In this document: positions 52,101 through 64,000 of the stretch, piece by piece | Position numbering within the stretch: the first letter of the stretch is position 1 | How the letters are laid out: every line of letters begins with the position of its first letter | Source: Lama glama | Taxonomy: Eukaryota | Length of the DNA stretch: 64,000 bases | NCBI GenBank assembly: GCA_028534125.1 | Contig: CM052817.1 | Coordinates: 74,836,001 to 74,900,000 of the forward strand | Direction: 5' to 3' | Made by a program: the position numbers and the translations under genes | Notes under the pieces: model-generated | What the model was told of the DNA's origin: nothing | The model's input: only the letters and a program-made list of their open reading frames with translations | The model's database searches: none

Positions 52101-55100
52101 TATCATGTTATCACCTCTAGCAGCATTTCTTGTTATGAAAGGGGATATTTGGGGGAGATTATTCTACAGATACGCATTCTTTAGTAACATACCTTTCACT
52201 ATAAATGTAATCTTTAAACTTCCATGATATAAACAAATGGATGTGGTTAACCCATTCTGTTCCCTAAGTCAGTCAATTTCACATGCTGTCACAGATACAA
52301 TGTCTGTAAAATAATTAAGTTTTCACCACATGTAGTGAAGCAGAATAAAATAATTTTCTTTATCTATCTTGTTTTAGACCTTCTGACTTTAAACTTGGAG
52401 GATATGTATTATACATATAAATCTAGCCTTTGTCTGGACTACAGGTAAGCATCCAATCAACTAGCACTCGAACATATCTAGGACTCCAGGTCTTCTGAAG
52501 AGACTCTGGGGCATTTATTTTTCACGATTAAGCCTGTCTGTCAAGACTAGAGTCATTGCATAACACGAGCCGAACAGACAAGTGAAAAGGGGGTTTTAAT
52601 ATGTGATGATAGGTACTCAGAAGTCTGAACAAACTATTACGGGAGCTTAGAGAGGGGAAGCACCAAACTCAACCCCAGAGTGGGGTGGTCAGGAAATTTC
52701 CAAGAGGCTGTGGTACCTAAACTGAGTGGAAAGGGGAAAGGTTAAGCAAAGAAGGCAAATGTGGGGATGGGAAGAACACAGACTCTATTCTACAGGCATG
52801 AGGAAAAAAAGTGGCTCTTGGGAAGCAGCCAACATCAACATTGCTGGATGTTACAATCTGTGCAAAGGTGGGCGAGCAACGCTGGCTAGATTCAGATGGA
52901 GAAGAGATATGCATCTGTGCTCAGAGGTGTGGACTTCAAGGAGAAGCATTAAATAATTTTGAGAGGCATGAGGACTTGAAAAGATTTTTGTTTAACATGA
53001 GATGTATCTCTGGCAGGTGTGTGGAAGGTGAATTAAAGGAGAAACACTGGTAGGAGGTACACAGCAGCAGGAGCACGATCAAGTAAACAATGCCCGAGTC
53101 ACATTTTAGCCTATAGCAGGAACATTTAAATAATTCTGATGTCAGGGGAAAATCCTCAGGTTACAATACTAAGTTAAACAAATGGGAACAGGATAGAAAC
53201 TGTATAATTCTATGGCAATGCATATTTTAAAAGGACTTTGAGGTACTTTAAAATGTTAAATATGGCAGGATGTAGATGAATTTTGTCTTGTTTTCCTTTA
53301 TTTTTCATGTTGTCCTCAGTAAGCATGCATTTATTGCCTTTGTTATCAGAAAAATACGTAATTTTAAACATTTAAAATCAACTCTGCTGAATTACATTCT
53401 GGTGAGGCTTTCTCCCCTTCTGGGGCAGTAAAAACACTACGCCGACCTCCTCTGTAATTATGTAGAATTTGTTAACTATAAAATGCTTGGTCCTCCCATT
53501 CTGTGTGATATGCGGTCATTTTATAGACTAGCAGCTGCAGGACACTGTGCAGGTTCAGTTATTAATTATATTTGAATTTAGATGACTATTTTTGTTATCT
53601 GAAGTTAGATATTTCTCTCTATTCTATCAGAAAAAAAGAGCAAAGTCAAGGAACATAGTAACACATAAACGCATCAACAGTAACCTTTCAAGTCTTTTTT
53701 CTTAGACCAATAAATTAATGCTTGTAAGCTTCTACTTCTACTATCCTGAAGCATTTTTGATTAAACACAGTTTTTTTTTAAATTTTCACAATTATGGTAA
53801 AGAAAGTGAACCACAGATTGAAATAATATATTTAAAAAATTGTTTAACTGATGTGGAATATGTTCTGATATTATTACATTTAAAAATAAAGGAAATTTTT
53901 ACAAAAAAAGTTACAAAATATAATGCTTGGAATGTATCAGTTCTTATTCTATTACCTCAATATCATACCTCTGGCAATATCCTAACCAAAATAGTATTTT
54001 GATTTGACCCAAACTTTATAATTGAAGAATATTTATTATTATTTTCAACATTCACTTATCAAAAAATTACCTCCTCCTATTCAGGTATACCTTTCAATGA
54101 AAAATAAACAACAGCCATGATAATACAAAAATTTAATGTTTGCCCTTAATCATTATGATGACTATGAATAAAGCATATTGAGGATGGAGAGGTTGTTAGG
54201 CAATTCATTACATTTAAGCTGACATGGCATCAGGATTAGAGGCTTAAAAAATCTCAACTGCCAAGACTTACTTGAAATCTAAATTTCTAATTTAGATGAA
54301 TTCAATGGCCATTCAAGAATGTATAGATTAAGATATGACCAATTTCCTTGGGCAAATCCTTACTCATTAGTAAAGAAAATCTTCTGCATTAATATGAAAT
54401 TATAAGGTTACTGAGATGAGTTGCAAGATGTATCATTAAAATGCCAGAAGAGTTGCTAATATCTCATTTGAAATGTAGATTTTATTTCAAATTTTGACTT
54501 AAACAGCTTGGCTTTATAGAGAACTCTTCTTGGTTGGCATAAGGAATTATTCCAGGACAGATAATTCTTAGACTATTGTAAAGGGATGATATTTAGACCT
54601 GTATTTATTAGCTTATCTTGTCCGTTAAACATTTATGAGCTGGGTTCTTTATCGTCCAAAATGGCAAGGGAGCAAGAAAGATGAGCTGGAAAAAAGATAC
54701 TATGAGACCTTGTAGACACTGAAGAGATATGATCATGGGTACAAATTTTGTCTGAGGACGCCTTAAATATGTCAGAGCACTTTCTCTTCAGACCCACTCG
54801 AAAGCTGGATGAAGAAATAGGGGAAAAATTAAAGGTATCCAATGAGGCATAAACTTTAGTATGTGAGCAAAAATGGAAAGCTCATCTCAATCATCCATGT
54901 CCTTAATTTCTCAGAATTGCCATTTCAGGAAATGAACATTTCTATTAGAAGAAAGAAGAGACCCTAAAACATCATCATATTTCAGTATAATGACAGTCAT
55001 TCAAGGGGGTGGCTTGTGTGTATGTGTGTGTGTATGCGTGTGTGTAGTGGCTGGTTTTTTGAACTAGAGAAAATGAGATTTTCCTCGCAATTACTAGTAA

Positions 55101-55299
55101 GACATAGCAGTCTGGATATGATTCCTAAGTATGAGAAAGAATTTTGCATGTTATTGAATCTATTCTTTCATTCTGTAGATACATTACTCAATCCTGTAAC
55201 TTTATATGCCATCTTGATGCCAATATATCTCACTGTTAACAGAGTTCTGAGCTGCAGACTTAGGTAGCCAAATAACAAACAATGGTTTGAATGCCGAAA

Positions 55300-56050
55300 G
55301 TATATCTCAAAATCAACTTATCAATAAATGTACTCTTGACAGACCTTTCCCCAGACTGACTCCTCTCTCAATATCCCCCATCTTAGTAAATGTGCTTCCA
55401 TCCATCTGCTTCTTTAAGCTAAACCACTTCAGTCATCATTGATTATTCTTTCCTCCACATTTCACATCTAATCCATCACCAATGAAAATATATTCTATAC
55501 TCAACTATTTCTCACTATCTCCACTATTTCCACCTTAGTCCAAGCATTATATTTCTGCCTTGCAATATCCTCTCAGTTGGTATCTTTGCTCCACACTTGC
55601 TGACCTCAGACTCTTCATTTTAAAACCTAATCTGACTGTATTAGACCTCCTATTCAAAACCTTCCAATGGCTCACAGTCTATATATATATAAATACAAAG
55701 TCCTTATAAAAATGTAAAAATATACTTATAAAAATATAAAGAGTACAATGCAAACTCTTTTCATGGCCTGCAAGGCATTGCATGAATGGATCCTGTTACT
55801 TTGCTGATTTTGTCTCCAATCACTTCTTTGGCTCCCTGTGCCTCAACCTCCGGGGAGCTCTATTTCTTAGACATGCTGACCAAGTTCTGCCCCAGGATCT
55901 GTGCATTTGCTGGCCTCTCTGTCAGGAGCACTCTTCCTTGAGGCATCCACATTAACGACTGCTTCAGTTCACCTTGCTCCCTGCCGATCATCACCTCATC
56001 ACAGAGACCTTTCTTACCACATACCTCCATAACATTTGTGGTTCTTCCAT
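55300..56050. mobile_element. L2 LINE relic (pyrimidine-rich orientation on +)
   Basis: ccatcttagtaaatg..., ttcaaaaccttccaatggctc, catggcctgcaaggc, cccaggatctgtgcatttgctg. Confidence 0.75.
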
Positions 56051-59000
56051 AGAAAAATGGAGAAAAATTTATAAAACTAATGTGGATATTAGACATTATT
56101 TTCTTTGTAACCTTACTGTAGTTTCTACTAAAGTTCTAGTTAGTGAAGATTTTAAAACACCCTTCCATGGTTTCCTGATGTATTTTTTATCATCAAATTT
56201 ATTAGAATAAGTATGGAATTATTAATAATACTCTAAAATTATATTAAAATTATGTTTATATCCCCTGTGTCTTTTCATGATTTTAGCTATCTTTCTAGTA
56301 CTATCATTTACCTAGTTCCAGAAAGGGTATAAAAAGAAGTTAGATGAATGTACAACATAAACTAAAGGTAGGTGAGAAAGAGGAAAATGTTTACAAGCTT
56401 CGATGTAGCCAGGCACAGTCTAATAAATATGTTTATAAAAATAACCTGCTGTCAGTGGAACATAAATTTGGCTCTAAGCTTTCTAATAGTGAAAAGGGGA
56501 AACTAGTTGGCTATGTAAATCATCATTTTATAAAAAAATAAAGATGACCAATTCTCAGAAGAAGAATAACTATCTCTGATACTAAGTTTTGTCAGGAATT
56601 TCTTTTAAGATCCTCAAAAAATGGCACTATCAATGCAATAAATAATGAGGTCAACAGAGCCGCTTCTTAGAAAGCCTACGGCAACACAAACACACAATTT
56701 AGTTGAAAAACATTCATTATAAGGATGGTGGCAGTGAGCTGCCTTGTTCATGATGTGAAAGATCTGGGAACACAGATCTCTTTGTATCTGCTCCAATTCT
56801 CAAGTAGATGTTAAGAACATGTGGGAAAATGGTAAGACTTCATAGGCTTTAAATCTTTCACCCCAAATATAGATATTTGATGGGTATTGTGTCAGAATGA
56901 ATTTGAAATGACACTTTCTGAAGTACTTGCAGTGCAACTCTTTCATATTGGCAGTTAAACCACAAGCCAGGTCCATGAACAGGTATAAAGGATGGAAGGC
57001 AGGGAGCAAGGTGGTAGAGTTAATCTCTCAATAAAATCAAGAAGCTTAACAAGAATACTTGTCATCCCATCTTTTCTCAAAGATGACTGCTAGATGTTCC
57101 TTCAGAAGTGGTTAAAATTCTCTCAGAAAATGTTTGTATATTCAGATTAAATTGTAGACAGGATAATATACCTGAATCCATTCTTTTGGGCAAGAATTAG
57201 TGTGTTTGTTTCACCATTGAGGTCATTACTGTCAAAATAATAAATTAACTCATTGTCATATAAAATGAGTTATTTCTATTTATACAGCCAATGTAGGCAT
57301 TATGAGTATAAATTGTTATATATCCAGCCCACTTAAAAGTAACTTACTTTTATGAGTAAATGCCCAAGAGAAGAGTGGATGCAACATATCTATATCTTAC
57401 TCAAATGGAAATTTACAATGTTTTATCAAAAGACATGACTATTGAATCTGACTTTCTCCATAATGTTACAGTGTAAGTTCTTTAGGAGCATTAATACATT
57501 TTTGAGCTCATATAATGTAACTTACATCCAATTTTTTACCACGGAGTCACGAGCCAAGGAAAGAACAATAAACACATAATTATTCAAAAATAATAATTAA
57601 CTCATATCCTTTGGTATCATTTCATTAATATTTACTGTATGTTAAATATGGATGCTGTGATCTTAATTCCTTATGACACTTCTAAACTCAGATGGCTAAT
57701 TTGGAGTCTGTGAATTTTATTGATTAACATTTCTGATCCCAAGTTACCTATGTTAGAAATAGAATTTTCCAGAAGTTTTCAAAACAAAAAACACTATTTC
57801 CCCCCTTCAAAACTGATTATTTTCACCTGTAGTAGTGCTTTTCAAATTTTAGTACCTACAATAACATTCCTTGAAAGATTAACTATGCTACTCATAAATA
57901 CCCAGACTTCCAAATTCTGATTCAGATGATTCTAGTAAGTTTACCTTTTATACTTTGAGAAACACTGGCCTATAGAAAAAATGAACTTGGGTGGGGTAGA
58001 ATGAGATCACTGTCATTACCTATTTTTTTTGTTTTTAAAAAATAGATTTCAATAACACATGAAATTTCTTCTGCATATTTAAAATACATTTCTGCTTCTT
58101 AATCAGTTTTTCAATCTACTACTGCAGTGGTGCCCAGAATGCAAGAACCTCAGGAAGTTTAATAAAACCCATTTCCAGAAACATATTATAATTTTATTTA
58201 TATCTATTTTAGATCTCAGTGTATTATATAGTAATGCATAGGAATAAATTTCATTTATACGTAAATATTTATTAATATTTTGTGCATACTTGCTCAAAAT
58301 CATCTTTATGGATAAGGTGTGTATCTAAACAGGTTGTAACCACTACATTAGAGGGAATTCCTTACTTCTCACCACCCATACAAGAGAAATAGCAAACACA
58401 CTTTAATAACCTTTAAATGCCAGCTGGAAAGTGTGTGTAAACTATGAGGAACATTTTGTTTTTTTTAATAAGGTAACAATCATTCTTTCAGAATTAGTAC
58501 CTTTTTTTTCTAGATTTCCTTGAAACTTCAACAATCATGGTACCAGCCTAAATTGAATTTTGCAGTTCATCTGAAAGCTGAGGTAGCAGGAAATTGAGAT
58601 GGGGAGGACTTGAATTTCCAGTGAATGTTTTTAATCACTAACTTTTGAAAGGCAAGAACAACTGCTTGTCTCCCTTTAATGTTTCATCAAGTTCCTGCTC
58701 CCTCCTGGCATCGCTGCCAGACAGACAATAGGTTAACTTGGATGCAGACAGGGGCATTTTTTTATGTCTGTCCTGTAATTTCTCCTTTACTACAGATGTT
58801 GATCGGATCCCTGTTTGCTCTTAAAATATTGGCACTATCCTTATGAATTTTTTAAAATGACCAACAAAATGAATGTAACATATTGTTTAACAAAAGTGCT
58901 AGATATGAACCCTAAAAGCAAAGTCCTCCAGTGACGTGGTAACATAACTCCTGAAGGCAAATGTTCTCACTAGCCTCCCTCTGCTCTCAGGAATTCTCCA

Positions 59001-60605
59001 GCAATCATGAATAGGTGGCCTCTGCTCAGCCTTCTAAGAACAAAAACACAAGGCTGTCAGATCCCCAAGAGGGAACCTCGAAAGACTAGTTAATGCCATA
59101 ATGGGGCCAGTGGACCAGCTGTTCTTGAATTTGGTTTTATTTCTTAATGGCTCACTATTTCCCCTCCAGTGACACCAGATAGGATGCAATGAGGTTAATA
59201 AGTCAAATTAGAAGTTAAACTATAAATATACGTATGTATATACACATACACAAGAAATAAAATTCACTTCTCTTTTATAATTACCTATTTAACAGTCAAA
59301 ATGTGCAAAGAATTACAGCCCTCCTTTTCATCTTTGAAGTTATAAGATAAAAAGTTGTTTTTTTCTTGGGTAGTGACAATCTTAAGAACAGATTTCTTTC
59401 TGTTTTCCTTCAACACAGAAAACATTTCATTAAAGATACTAGATGAAGTAGTATAAAGCCTGTGTGTTTTTCTGAATATGAGTTCATTTTAAAGTCTACT
59501 TCATTGGTTGTTAATCGGAGTCTATTATTTTTATCATTAAAGTGACATTGTCAGTGGATAGTGTATAATTACTACTTTTTTGTGGTCTAATAATATAATA
59601 ATTCTAGAAGTAATGAGCTGCAGCTGTTAATTAAAGACAGCAGGAGGAGAAGGGGAAGGGAGAGGATAGAGGGAGGAAGGAGATAAGACAGAAGAAAAGA
59701 AAGGAAAAGGGGAAAAAAACACAAAGACGGGATCCAAAATTGCAGCATTTCTGTTTGTTACTCAGCTTTAAAATCAATTCAAAAAGACTAATTTTCAGAA
59801 GTCCTAAGGTTGTTCATTTCGCAAAGACAGCCTAGGAAGAAAGGACGACATATACTGTTGGTCTCTTATACCCCTATCTTACTCGAGAACAAAGAACTAA
59901 CAAGATTTACTCCTATGCTCCTTGAGATGAGGACAGGGTTTTTTGTTTTGGTTTTTGTTTTTGTTTAGTTCTAGCAAATCCACAATCTGATAAAAAAAAA
60001 AAACCCAAACAACTATCCTTTTTCAAGGAAAGTCACTATTTTGATGGAATAGTTTGAATATTGAGAAAGAATATTAGCATTCTCTCTAAACCTGAGTATC
60101 ACATCACTCACCTAAGCACCCCTACGAATAACCCATAAAAATTTGCACAGTGCAGCCCCCAGCCCTCTGTCCATCTCCTTCTCTCCCATCACCCTTATCC
60201 TTCCCTCTTTTTGTTACTGATTCTTTCCATACTCTTTACTTTATATGCCTCCAGCTCATTAGCTCATTAGTTTCCTCATGGTGTGAAACACCCTTCCCCT
60301 TCCATGACAGTCAAAACTTGATATATTCTGTTCACTGCAAATGTCGCATTGTCCTTGTAGACTTTTCTGATGCTTTCACTCAGTGCCAACCTCTCCTCTT
60401 CTGTATTTCCATGCCTTGGTGACAGGCCTCATTAAACCGTATCCCAATTTTCTGTTGTATGTTTATTTTTCCCACCAGTCTGTGAGGACTGCACTCATGA
60501 TTTTTTTATATCTCTGGCACACTAATCATACTTAATAGGTGCTTACGGAATGAATCAAGGAGCCTACAGCTCTGAGAGGAGCATGGAATCCTGAAAGATA
60601 TGTAT

Positions 60606-60606
<1 letters not shown>

Positions 60607-60647
<41 letters not shown>

Positions 60648-60659
60648 GATAGATAGATA
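60607..60659. repeat. (TAGA)n tetranucleotide microsatellite, about 10 perfect units plus 3 after an interruption
   Basis: Directly visible in the sequence. Confidence 0.97.
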
Positions 60660-60799
60660 CAGATATACCTGCAATTACATAAATGTGTTCAGTCTTGGAA
60701 GTTGATAGAGTAGTTATTGCTGTTAAATCACTCTCCCTCAAAAGGATCAATTTTTTTCCCAAATTATGTTACTATTTCGAACAGTCTTATTTGGAGCGA

Positions 60800-61050
60800 T
60801 GGTGTGATGGACTGCTCAAAGAGTGGGGTTTTGGAACCTGACCTCCTGAGTTTGAGTTGTAGCCCCGCCGCTCTCTATCTGCATGATATTGGATTAATTA
60901 GCTAAGTCTCTAGATAATTTCTTCATTCAGAAAATAGGGATAATAATAAAATCCTCACTATATTGTTGTTGGGAGGATTAAATGAGTTAATGCATGTAAA
61001 GCATTTAGAATTTTAAATATAGTTGATGTTGAGTAAGTACTAGGCACTAT
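60800..61050 (+). mobile_element. MIR SINE
   Basis: aaaatagggataataataaaa...gttgggaggattaaatgagttaatgcatgtaaagcatttagaa. Confidence 0.85.
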
Positions 61051-61639
61051 AAATAGAACAAAGAGCTTTATTACACTAAAAATAACGGATGTCAACACTT
61101 GAGAGAATATTGAAGGTGGCTTGGATATCACAGGAATTTTGTAGATTTTACCCTCATATTCCAGATTTAGATCTGTGTTTCTTAAGATATGATCACTCCA
61201 TAACCTCTTCTAATTTTAAGCAGCTATTAATCTAACCAGTTATTAGGTAAGGTAAAACAGAATATTACTCTAAGTCAAATTTGCATAATAAATATTATAA
61301 AACACTTCAGGTATGTAGATTGTTTCCCATAACAATTGGAAATTTATCTCTGTGGGCCAAAATATATAAACTAACAATGATCAAATATATAGAACTGCTT
61401 TCATTGGCACATTAACATTTTAAATCTTTAGCCAAAGATCACTTCCAGAGCTCACAAAGATATGTATCCAGGAATAAACAGTGATTAGCAATCAAATGGT
61501 TTAGTGATTTCTATGCCACGCATATCATCCCTGCACTGCACCCGCCACCCCGATATAAACGCTGCTGGACTCATGTGGCTACTGTGGAGTGGATCACTGG
61601 TGTGTGAGGGTGGGGAACATAACTGGGGAAGGGAGACAT

Positions 61640-62230
61640 ATGGTGAGCAATAAATCAACAGGGGAGCTCTGGAGAGTGGAAAATGCCAGGAACAGATAAG
61701 ACAGAAAAGTGCTAGAGAATGACTGGAAAAAGGTCAGACAACCACTCTCAGAGGTGGTGACTTCTGACCTGAGACATAAAAGGCAGAAGAAATCAAGGCT
61801 TACAAATTCCTGGAAGCAGCTCATTCCAAGCAAAGTGATGGTAATACAAAAGCCCTGCGGGGCAAACAATCTTGGCTTGCCGGAAGGGCTGTGTGGAAAA
61901 GCATGGTGTGGTCAGAGTGGAACTTGGTCAAGCAGAGAAGCCAAGCAGAGGGCCAGGTCACGGACCAGAGTTTGAATTTTATTCTGAGATTAAGTGAGAT
62001 GTCTTTGGAGGGCTTTAAGAATGGCCATGACACACTCTATTTCGCATTTAACAATAACATTCTGACTGCTCTGGGGATAATGGAGTCTTTGTGGCCAGAA
62101 TGGTAGCAGTTCTCTGGGGGAGAGAGAATGCAGCCATTGTCTGGCAGGCTGGCTGTGGAGATGGAGAGAAAAGCACTAATTGAAACATACTTTGAAAGTA
62201 GAGTTAACAGTACTTATTGATGGATTAGTT
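61640..62230. mobile_element. L2 LINE relic (purine-rich orientation on +)
   Basis: ggtcagacaaccactctcagaggtggtgacttctgacctgagac..., gagtttgaattttattctgag, ttgaaagtagagttaacagtactt. Confidence 0.75.
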
Positions 62231-64000
62231 ATTCAACAGATATATAATCAGACCTACTGCAAGCATAAACCTGTAAAAAGAACATCTCCTGACATTACTG
62301 GGAGTTTGCTCTCTAGAAAGTCTTTTCCAGAACCATGGCCATTGAGCCAACGACTCCTTCCACTGTAAGTCACTATCACTGTGCTTGTACGGATGGGCTT
62401 CTTTTCCAAAATCTAAATGACTGAAGATTCAGCAATCATTATAAGCTATAGCATATAGATTTTTAAGACGCATTCAGCAAAAGATGGGATAAAAGGTGAT
62501 TCCAATTTAGGGCAATGTGATGTGTTTAAAGTTTCTTTTCTTATTTCTTTAAATAGCTCATAATTCCTAAAATCTTTGTGTTTATGAGCATAACATCTCA
62601 GCCCATGCAGAAAGCTCTGCCCATATAGATTTGATTGCTCAAGCAAGTTGTTTAAGTGAACTACAGAATGGACTTCTGAAAGGAAATTGCAGGAGAATGG
62701 CAATTTTCAAGTCACATCTTTTATTCACGATTGATTTGAATGTGTACCTGTGTGTGAGAGAGAGTTTAAGTGGATATAATAACAGATTCAAGAAAGAGCA
62801 AAATTCTGCCACTTACACTTTATACTCTAAACGGCATTATTGGATATCTTAAATTGTGTTAAAAGTGACAACTATAAATCAGGCAACCACTTCATGCTTG
62901 AAATCTTGTCTTTTACATTGTTTAAGCTAGTAATTTTCATATAGTGCTAAAGGAGGCTGGCAGTCCCCAAGAACTCTCTGCTCCCCCAAACATGACCTTT
63001 TCTTTACTCTTAAATCTCTAGTTAGTGTTATCACAGAGACGTAACTGAACACTGACTGTTCTGTTAGGTGTGAAGTTCAGTGGAGACAGATCTATAGCAT
63101 CAATGCTGATAGACAGGAAGAGTGTTTCCTCCTAGTGATATGTAATGAAATCCAGCCTCGGGTTTTCTATTCAGCTTGTGGGGTTGAATTTTTTATGTTT
63201 AATAAGTTCAATTCATTCATCTAAATTATCTGTAATTATGTTTCATTTGGGAAGGTCTTCCATTTTCCATATCATTAATTTCATGGACCGGACATGGAGA
63301 TGGCTGTACTTCTACTTCTTCTTCATTTGAGCACAGTGGTCTGTGTTGACTACAAAGTAACACCAAGTATGGACCTCGTGTTTCCAGCAAACTGCTCTAT
63401 TAATAATTTTTTAAAAGGCCTAAAAATCAGCAACACCAACAACAGAAACAAAAACTGTTGGCGGAACAGCTGAGGTACTTTGGTAGACAACAAAATCAAA
63501 TTCAAAAAGCAGTCTTGACCGACCAAGCAAGCTCTGCATTTGATGACTCAATTTTTCACTGAAATAAAGAATAAGGACAGAAATTTTATCATTTAAAAAT
63601 AGCTCAGAAAGCATAATCAAGTAACACAACCGAGAACATTTTCAGAAGCAAAACCTATAATGAAATAAACACCTTTGTAAAGGAGAATGTCTTTATCCCA
63701 TGATTTATGTGTTCTAGCCAGGAGAAACAATCAAGCAGAATTCAAACTGTAAATAAACCCGAGTTTATGGGTTGCTGACACACCTCAAATATCATTTGAT
63801 AATAAAAATGATATATACTTCTCCTTTTGCAAATAAGAAATGTACCCAAATTATTTACATTTTCTCTGAAAAAGCAAAGCCCTTGCTTTTTGCCACATCA
63901 CATGCTATCTGCAAAATAGTAAGGGAAGCAACATTATTTTCTCCCTTTTATAGACCAAGAAATTCTGAAGCATAAGGAAATTATATTACTTGTTCTTCAG

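Larger units (their letters stand above)
1..64000 (-). other. NDST4: Partial NDST4 transcription unit (six internal coding exons plus introns; the upstream and last coding exons appear to lie outside the window)
   Basis: Six in-phase exons splice into one uninterrupted 860-nt reading frame. The peptide matches the NDST family as recalled, and stretches such as [26 protein letters not shown] and WLTYFATSQ fit NDST4 rather than NDST1-3. Neither the upstream VLPRQTCGLF exon nor the downstream FDPQKGFWC exon was found in the window. Confidence 0.93.

Noticed and set aside
26746..64000. Next upstream NDST4 exon (VLPRQTCGLFTHT...) or a nested gene
   Set aside because: Not found by eye on either strand. 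The short ORFs here are repeat-derived or low-complexity.
1..64000. CRISPR arrays, operons or other prokaryote-type systems
   Set aside because: The sequence is mammalian intron/exon DNA with no regularly spaced repeat-spacer array or dense ORF cluster.

Overview
Mammalian genomic DNA, almost certainly camelid (alpaca/llama/camel), judged from a tRNA-derived vic-1-type SINE. The window appears to lie entirely inside NDST4 (heparan sulfate N-deacetylase/N-sulfotransferase 4) on the minus strand. Six consecutive coding exons can be read with canonical GT-AG boundaries and consistent phases: 26563-26745, 15224-15320, 10630-10753, 8568-8742, 2946-3116 and 1896-2005. They encode the end of the deacetylase region and most of the sulfotransferase domain, with the PAPS-binding motifs intact. 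Three of these exons are absent from the supplied ORF track. No further exon was found in 26746-64000, which reads as one long intron. The introns are filled with L1, L2, MIR, MaLR/ERVL/ERV1 LTRs, DNA-transposon relics and microsatellites, and there is a 500-N assembly gap at 31621-32120. I found no convincing evidence of a novel biological system. The findings are modest: a candidate lineage-specific substitution, candidate recursive splice sites, an antisense solo LTR promoter, nested insertions and putative conserved non-coding elements. Repeat family names are from recognition and their boundaries are approximate unless a TSD is given.
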